The notes beneath the pieces were generated by a model, which did not search any database, was not told where the DNA came from, and saw nothing but the letters and a program-made list of their open reading frames with translations. A DNA stretch of 64,000 nt from an uncultured Bacilli bacterium (GTDB lineage: Bacteria; Bacillota_I; Bacilli_A; RF39; UBA660). The position numbers and the translations under genes are program-made. This document shows positions 61,769 through 64,000 of the stretch, one piece after another; positions within the stretch are counted from its first letter, which is position 1, and the number at the start of each line of letters is the position of its first letter. The stretch is taken from contig CAKOHH010000005.1 in assembly GCA_934085675.1 (NCBI GenBank), positions 899 to 64,898 of the forward strand, written 5' to 3'.

Positions 61769-62618
61769 AAAACTACTATTAATGATGAGACAATAGTTAG
61801 TTTAAAAGAGATGGGTAATATTTATGAAGTGTTTTGGCGCGAGCATAAAAATAATAAAGCTCCAATCACTAAATTAGATAAAGATCATTATATAGTAATG
61901 CTACTGGTGAAGCAAAAAAAGTAAACATATTAAAAATAGATATGAAAATAAATCGCAATCATCTCAAAGTTTTAAGCGATTAAGAGACTTAATCAATACC
62001 AATGCTACCGAGATAAAAAATTGTAAGTGGATTACATTAATTTATAGAGAACAGGTCACTGATACTATTAGAGCATATAAAGATTTCGAAAAATTTATTA
62101 AAAGGTTTAAATATAGGTATGGTGATGTAGAATACATTAACGTACGTGAACCACAAGGAAATGGTAGATGGCATTTTCATTGCCTATTAATATTTCCTAG
62201 TAAAACACAACAACTAAATAATAATATTGATAATGTAGGTGCATATCTATCAGCACATATAAGCAATATTTCGATAGAAGAAGCAGATAAATTAAATATT
62301 AACTATGATGAATCTGATATTAAAGAAGTAAATATAATTGATGGTATTAAAACTAGCAATCCTAAATACTATATTAAAGGAGATAGATTAAATTTATATC
62401 CACCTGTTTTTAGATTGTATAGAACATCTAGAGGTATTAAACAACCAAAAAAAGAATATTTAACATATAAAGAGGCAAAAGAAAAAATAGGCTTATCCGA
62501 GCCTACTTATTCTAGATTAATACAAATAGATATTGATGGACAATTTAGTAAAAAAATTATCTATGAGGATTATAACATAAAGAGAAAAAAATATTCAAAA
62601 AAAAACGGGTATAGCTAA
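61769..62618 (+). pseudogene. Rolling-circle replication initiator-like (HUH) gene, fragmented
   Basis: Frame A reads ...MGNIYEVFWREHKNNKAPITKLDKDHYIV... and stops at 61922. Frame B is open from 61911 to 62618 with no start codon before 62415. It carries WITLIYRE, YINVREPQGNGRWHFHCLL (HUH) and GAYLSAHIS. An A7 run sits at the junction. Confidence 0.6.
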
Positions 62619-62959
62619 TAAGGATATTAAAAATACTACTAATAGTAGAAATAGTAGTATTTTTTTATCCTTGAAGTTATACATTTTTACGCGATTTAAA
62701 CCACTATTTAACCATCTTATATTAATATATATGTGGATTAAAGAAAAATTAAAATTTACACGGGAAAAACGTGAATAACAATATACTACTATCTTCTCGT
62801 ACTATCTAACTATCAATATATTAAATAATTAGATAATAAAATATTTGTTTATATTGATTTAATTAGTAATTAAATAATACGAGAATGAGTGATATTCAAT
62901 TATAAATATGTGATAATGCCGGAGATTAATTTAGAAAATTAATTGAAAGGAGTTATTAT

Positions 62960-63287
62960 ATGTTAAATCAAGTTATTATAGTAGGAAGATTAGTTGATAC
63001 TCTTACTGTAGAAGAAGATGGTGAAAAGAAAATATCTAATATAGTTGTAGCTGTACCTCGTTCTTATAAAAATAGTGATGGTGAGTATGATACGGACTTT
63101 ATTGATGTTGAATTATGGGATGGTGTTGCTAGCAGTGCAGATGATTATTGTAAAAAAGGAGATATCATTGGGGTTAAAGTTAGAATTAAAGTAGATAATT
63201 ATAATAATAAGGGGGACTACTGTTAAAGCAACTAAAATAATTGCTGAAAAAATAACTTTTCTTAGTAGTAAAAAAGATGATGAGTAA
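62960..63287 (+). pseudogene. Element-borne SSB-like OB-fold gene with a frameshift at a G5 run
   Basis: MLNQVIIVGRLVD...DVELWDG...GDIIGVKVRIK then YNNKGDYC and a stop. The +1 frame continues TTVKATKIIAEKITFLSSKKDDE, a typical SSB OB-fold end. G5 at 63211-63215. Confidence 0.6.
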
Positions 63288-63323
63288 TATTCACATATCC
63301 CCTACAGGCCGTTATATGGGCCA

Positions 63324-63761
63324 TTGGGTGAAAAGAAGATATTTACTTTGAGTGAACATATTGGATATAGAAAAGTAGATGATTTAAATAACAATCATAT
63401 TCATAAAATAAATGAGTTAATTGGTAATGGTAAAAACGTGAGTATTGAAGCTAAACTTATAGATAATAGAAAGTTTGTTATAGATGATACAATAGTTAAT
63501 CATCTCTCATTTGAAGACAATACTGGTGTTATAAATGCCCTACTTATTACCGATAAGGTTGATTATGTAAGATTTAAGGTAAATAGTCATTATAGAGTTA
63601 GAGGTAGTATTGTAATATTAGATAAAGATAAAAAAATTGATTTTAGTGAGTTAATTAGTAGGATTAATATAGTTAATTATTTTGTTAAGGATATGAAGTT
63701 ATTGTGCGTTAGATCAGCACAACATATCCAAGATAAAACACTTATTATCTCTATATTATAA
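63324..63761 (+). CDS. Hypothetical protein (145 aa) of the element remnant
   Basis: ORF only, with a TTG start and no recognisable motif. Confidence 0.3.
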   Translation: MGEKKIFTLSEHIGYRKVDDLNNNHIHKINELIGNGKNVSIEAKLIDNRKFVIDDTIVNHLSFEDNTGVINALLITDKVDYVRFKVNSHYRVRGSIVILDKDKKIDFSELISRINIVNYFVKDMKLLCVRSAQHIQDKTLIISIL

Positions 63762-63774
63762 TAATAAAAATGAT

Positions 63775-64000
63775 TTGAATGAGTTAAATATCCCTATTAG
63801 CGCAATAGAAGTATTAGAAATAAATAAAATATCAAATTCTATATTATATTTAAAAAATGAAAATTATGATGAGATTATAAATTGCGGTTGTTTATGGCTA
63901 AGATTGTTGGTCGATAAGTTGGATAAAAAAACAGCAAAAATATTATTGGAAGATATATGTATTTTTACAATAGCATTATTTATGGATAATGATGAAATGA
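63775..64000 (+). CDS. Hypothetical ORF running off the window end
   Basis: Open frame (LNELNIPISAIEVLEINK...) from TTG 63775 to the last base. Not in the ORF track because it has no stop. Confidence 0.25.
   Translation, partial: MNELNIPISAIEVLEINKISNSILYLKNENYDEIINCGCLWLRLLVDKLDKKTAKILLEDICIFTIALFMDNDEM

Larger units (their letters stand above)
61349..64000. mobile_element. Decayed integrated rolling-circle (plasmid/phage-like) element remnant downstream of tRNA-Trp; right end beyond the window
   Basis: Noticeably more AT-rich and gene-poor. Contains a fragmented HUH Rep gene and a frameshifted second ssb. No integrase or att repeat found. Confidence 0.45.

Overview
This is an AT-rich (about 70% A+T by eye) chromosomal segment from a low-GC, spore-forming Firmicute; the exact taxon cannot be called from sequence alone. 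The genetic code is standard: TGA terminates ORFs at the expected lengths, Trp is TGG, and the one tRNA-Trp has a CCA anticodon. About 80 tightly packed CDS lie almost all on the + strand. They reproduce Bacillus-type origin-proximal synteny in compact form:
- dnaX-ebfC-recR-bofA, holB-ricT, pth-mfd-spoVT
- T-box-metG-(herA-like)-tatD-rsmA-yabG-veg-spoVG-yabP-yabQ-divIC
- (ecfA-like x2)-truA-rplM-rpsI-cwlD
- rpsF-ssb-rpsR-rplI-dnaB, yycJ-rlmH-ung, typA, gpmI, pcrA-ligA, trmB, mgtA and copA-copZ.

No CRISPR array, rRNA, intact transposase or integrase is visible. The accessory or unusual content is:
- **Palindrome family:** four copies of the perfect palindrome TATTTCCCGGGAAATA lie within 1.7-9.9 kb. 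Two extend to an identical 24-mer. They sit in three different reading frames plus the metG leader.
- **HerA/FtsK-type ATPase:** a solitary ATPase is inserted between metG and tatD.
- **Degenerate EcfA-like pair:** two intact ABC-ATPase genes with decayed motifs lie upstream of truA, with no ecfT.
- **Abi_2 gene:** a single-gene abortive-infection locus.
- **Orphan gene pairs:** these include a coiled-coil protein with a HAAS/DUF1700 membrane protein, and a degenerate GGDEF receptor.
- **Copper locus:** a CsoR-type operator, a frameshifted HMA mini-gene and a signal-peptide-only lipobox ORF.
- **Variable right end (59.8-64 kb):** it holds an MBL-gene stump, a two-gene overlapping cassette, tRNA-Trp, and a decayed rolling-circle element with a Rep pseudogene and a frameshifted ssb.

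None of these can be verified functionally from sequence alone.
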